A stretch of DNA of 64,000 nt, from the NCBI GenBank assembly GCA_038321545.1, contig JBBQFB010000001.1:5239-69238 (forward strand), in the 5' to 3' direction. The first letter of the stretch is position 1. Each line of letters begins with the position of its first letter. Origin of the DNA: Gaiellales bacterium (GTDB taxonomy: Bacteria > Actinomycetota > Thermoleophilia > Gaiellales > F1-60-MAGs149). Of this stretch, positions 62,977 to 64,000 are shown piece after piece. The position numbers were made by a program, and so were the translations under genes. Below the pieces are notes generated by a model. That model was not told the origin of the DNA, ran no database searches, and saw nothing but the letters and a program-made list of their open reading frames with translations.

Positions 62977-64000
62977 GGCGGTAGAGGGTGTCGCGCTGCA
63001 CCGGCTTGTAGCCGGCGGCGCGGATGACGCGGCAGAAGTCCTCGACGGTGGCGCGGTACGTGGTGCCGGCCGCCGACACGACGTTCTCCTCGAGCATCAC
63101 GGAGCCCAGGTCGTCGGCCCCGAAGTGCAGCGCGACCTGCCCGATCTTCATGCCCTGCGTGACCCACGACGACTGGATGTGGTCGACGTTGTCGAGGTAG
63201 ATCCGGGACACGGCCTGCGTCAGCAGGTAGTCGAACGACGTCGGTGTCTCGGTGATCTGCTCGCCGAGCCGCGTGTTGTCGGGCTGGAACGTCCACGAGA
63301 TGAACGCGCGGAACCCGGGTGCCTCGTCCTGCAGGTCGCGGATGCGGCGGAAGTGCTCGACGCGCTCGGCGACCGTCTCGACGTGGCCGTACATCATCGT
63401 GGCCGACGTGGAGATGCCGAGGCGATGCGCGTGGCGCATGACGCCCAGCCAGTCGTCGGACTTCGTCTTCTTCGGCGCGATGATGGTGCGCACGCGATCC
63501 ACCAGGATCTCGCCACCGCCGCCCGGCAGCGAGTCGAGCCCGGCGTCGCGCAGCCGCGACAGCACGGTCGGCACCGGCAGCTTCGAGCGCCGCGAGATGA
63601 ACTGGATCTCAGGCGGCGACAGCGCGTGCAGGTGAACCTTGTAGCGCTCCTTGATCGACCGGAACAGGTCCTCGTACCACTCGATGCCGAGGTCGGGGTT
63701 GTGACCGCCCTGCATCAGCACTCCGGTACCGCCGATCGCGAGCGTCTCGGCGATCTTCTTGAAGATCACGCCCTTCGGGAGGGTGTAGCCCTCCTTCAGA
63801 TCGCCCGGCCGCCGGTAGAAGGCGCAGAAGTCGCAGTCGGTGACGCAGACGTTGGAGTAGTTGATGTTGCGGTCGACGATGAACGTGACCTCGGCCGGAT
63901 CGACCTTGCGGTTGCGCAGCTCGTCGGCGGCCTGCCCGATCGCGACCAGGTCGCGGCTCCCCAGCAGCACGAGCGCGTCCTCGTCGGTGATCCGCTGGCC
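62957..64000 (-). CDS. radical SAM enzyme of the futalosine menaquinone pathway (MqnC/MqnE type), 5' end outside window
   Basis: Frame open to nt 64000; CVTDCDFCAF (CxxxCxxC), ..GGGEIL.., ..FISWTFQPDNT.. Confidence 0.8.
   Translation of the reverse strand, partial: GQRITDEDALVLLGSRDLVAIGQAADELRNRKVDPAEVTFIVDRNINYSNVCVTDCDFCAFYRRPGDLKEGYTLPKGVIFKKIAETLAIGGTGVLMQGGHNPDLGIEWYEDLFRSIKERYKVHLHALSPPEIQFISRRSKLPVPTVLSRLRDAGLDSLPGGGGEILVDRVRTIIAPKKTKSDDWLGVMRHAHRLGISTSATMMYGHVETVAERVEHFRRIRDLQDEAPGFRAFISWTFQPDNTRLGEQITETPTSFDYLLTQAVSRIYLDNVDHIQSSWVTQGMKIGQVALHFGADDLGSVMLEENVVSAAGTTYRATVEDFCRVIRAAGYKPVQRDTLYRRVRDDF

Noticed and set aside
1-64000. Mobile elements, prophage, genomic island, toxin-antitoxin or defence-system genes
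   Set aside because: I recognised no transposase, integrase, recombinase, phage structural gene, restriction-modification or other defence-type domain in any supported ORF. Composition looks uniform except for the short non-coding spacers noted above.

Overview
This is a very GC-rich chromosomal segment (GC not computed). It shows many GTG/TTG starts, GC-saturated third codon positions and numerous spurious long antisense ORFs. The gene content looks like an aerobic actinobacterium; that placement is inference only.

I can support about 65 protein-coding genes, nearly all housekeeping or metabolic:
- proA, two tandem PilZ genes and an orphan fabF
- M42 and M20 peptidases and a lipoprotein cyclophilin
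- an OmpR/histidine-kinase pair upstream of a LolA-like/ABC-2 exporter operon
- a P5C-dehydrogenase-type ALDH, and a class III ADH plus MBL hydrolase pair
- mntH, nadE, a YhaM-like nuclease, DUF1015, Mrp/ApbC and MoxR
- a complete 14-gene nuoA-N operon (39482 down to 25315, minus strand)
- GrpB, 5-formyl-THF cyclo-ligase and an ErpA-like Fe-S carrier
- an agmatinase-family ureohydrolase and an SDR-SDR-FMO-HTH operon
- a GntR-flanked PhyH dioxygenase / GS-like ligase / SBP-like operon
- a DegT-DUF354-CapD-LysR sugar-modification operon
- GAF-HD-GYP, RNase D, a PIG-V-like membrane protein, DedA and a futalosine-pathway radical SAM gene

I saw no rRNA, tRNA, CRISPR array, transposase, integrase or phage genes.

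Two things are not explained by the gene list:
1. An ~0.8-kb mosaic tandem repeat fills the convergent spacer at 48.39-49.2 kb and supplies the last codons and stop of the M20 peptidase gene. A hairpin-bearing 338-bp non-coding spacer at 23.34-23.68 kb may be related to it.
2. The translationally coupled phyH / GS-like / signal-less SBP operon at 49.25-52.2 kb is my best candidate for an uncharacterised gamma-glutamylation-dependent pathway.

All functional calls rest on motif recognition by eye in the supplied translations, not on database searches. Start codons were chosen by frame, overlap and SD logic and are less certain than the gene calls.
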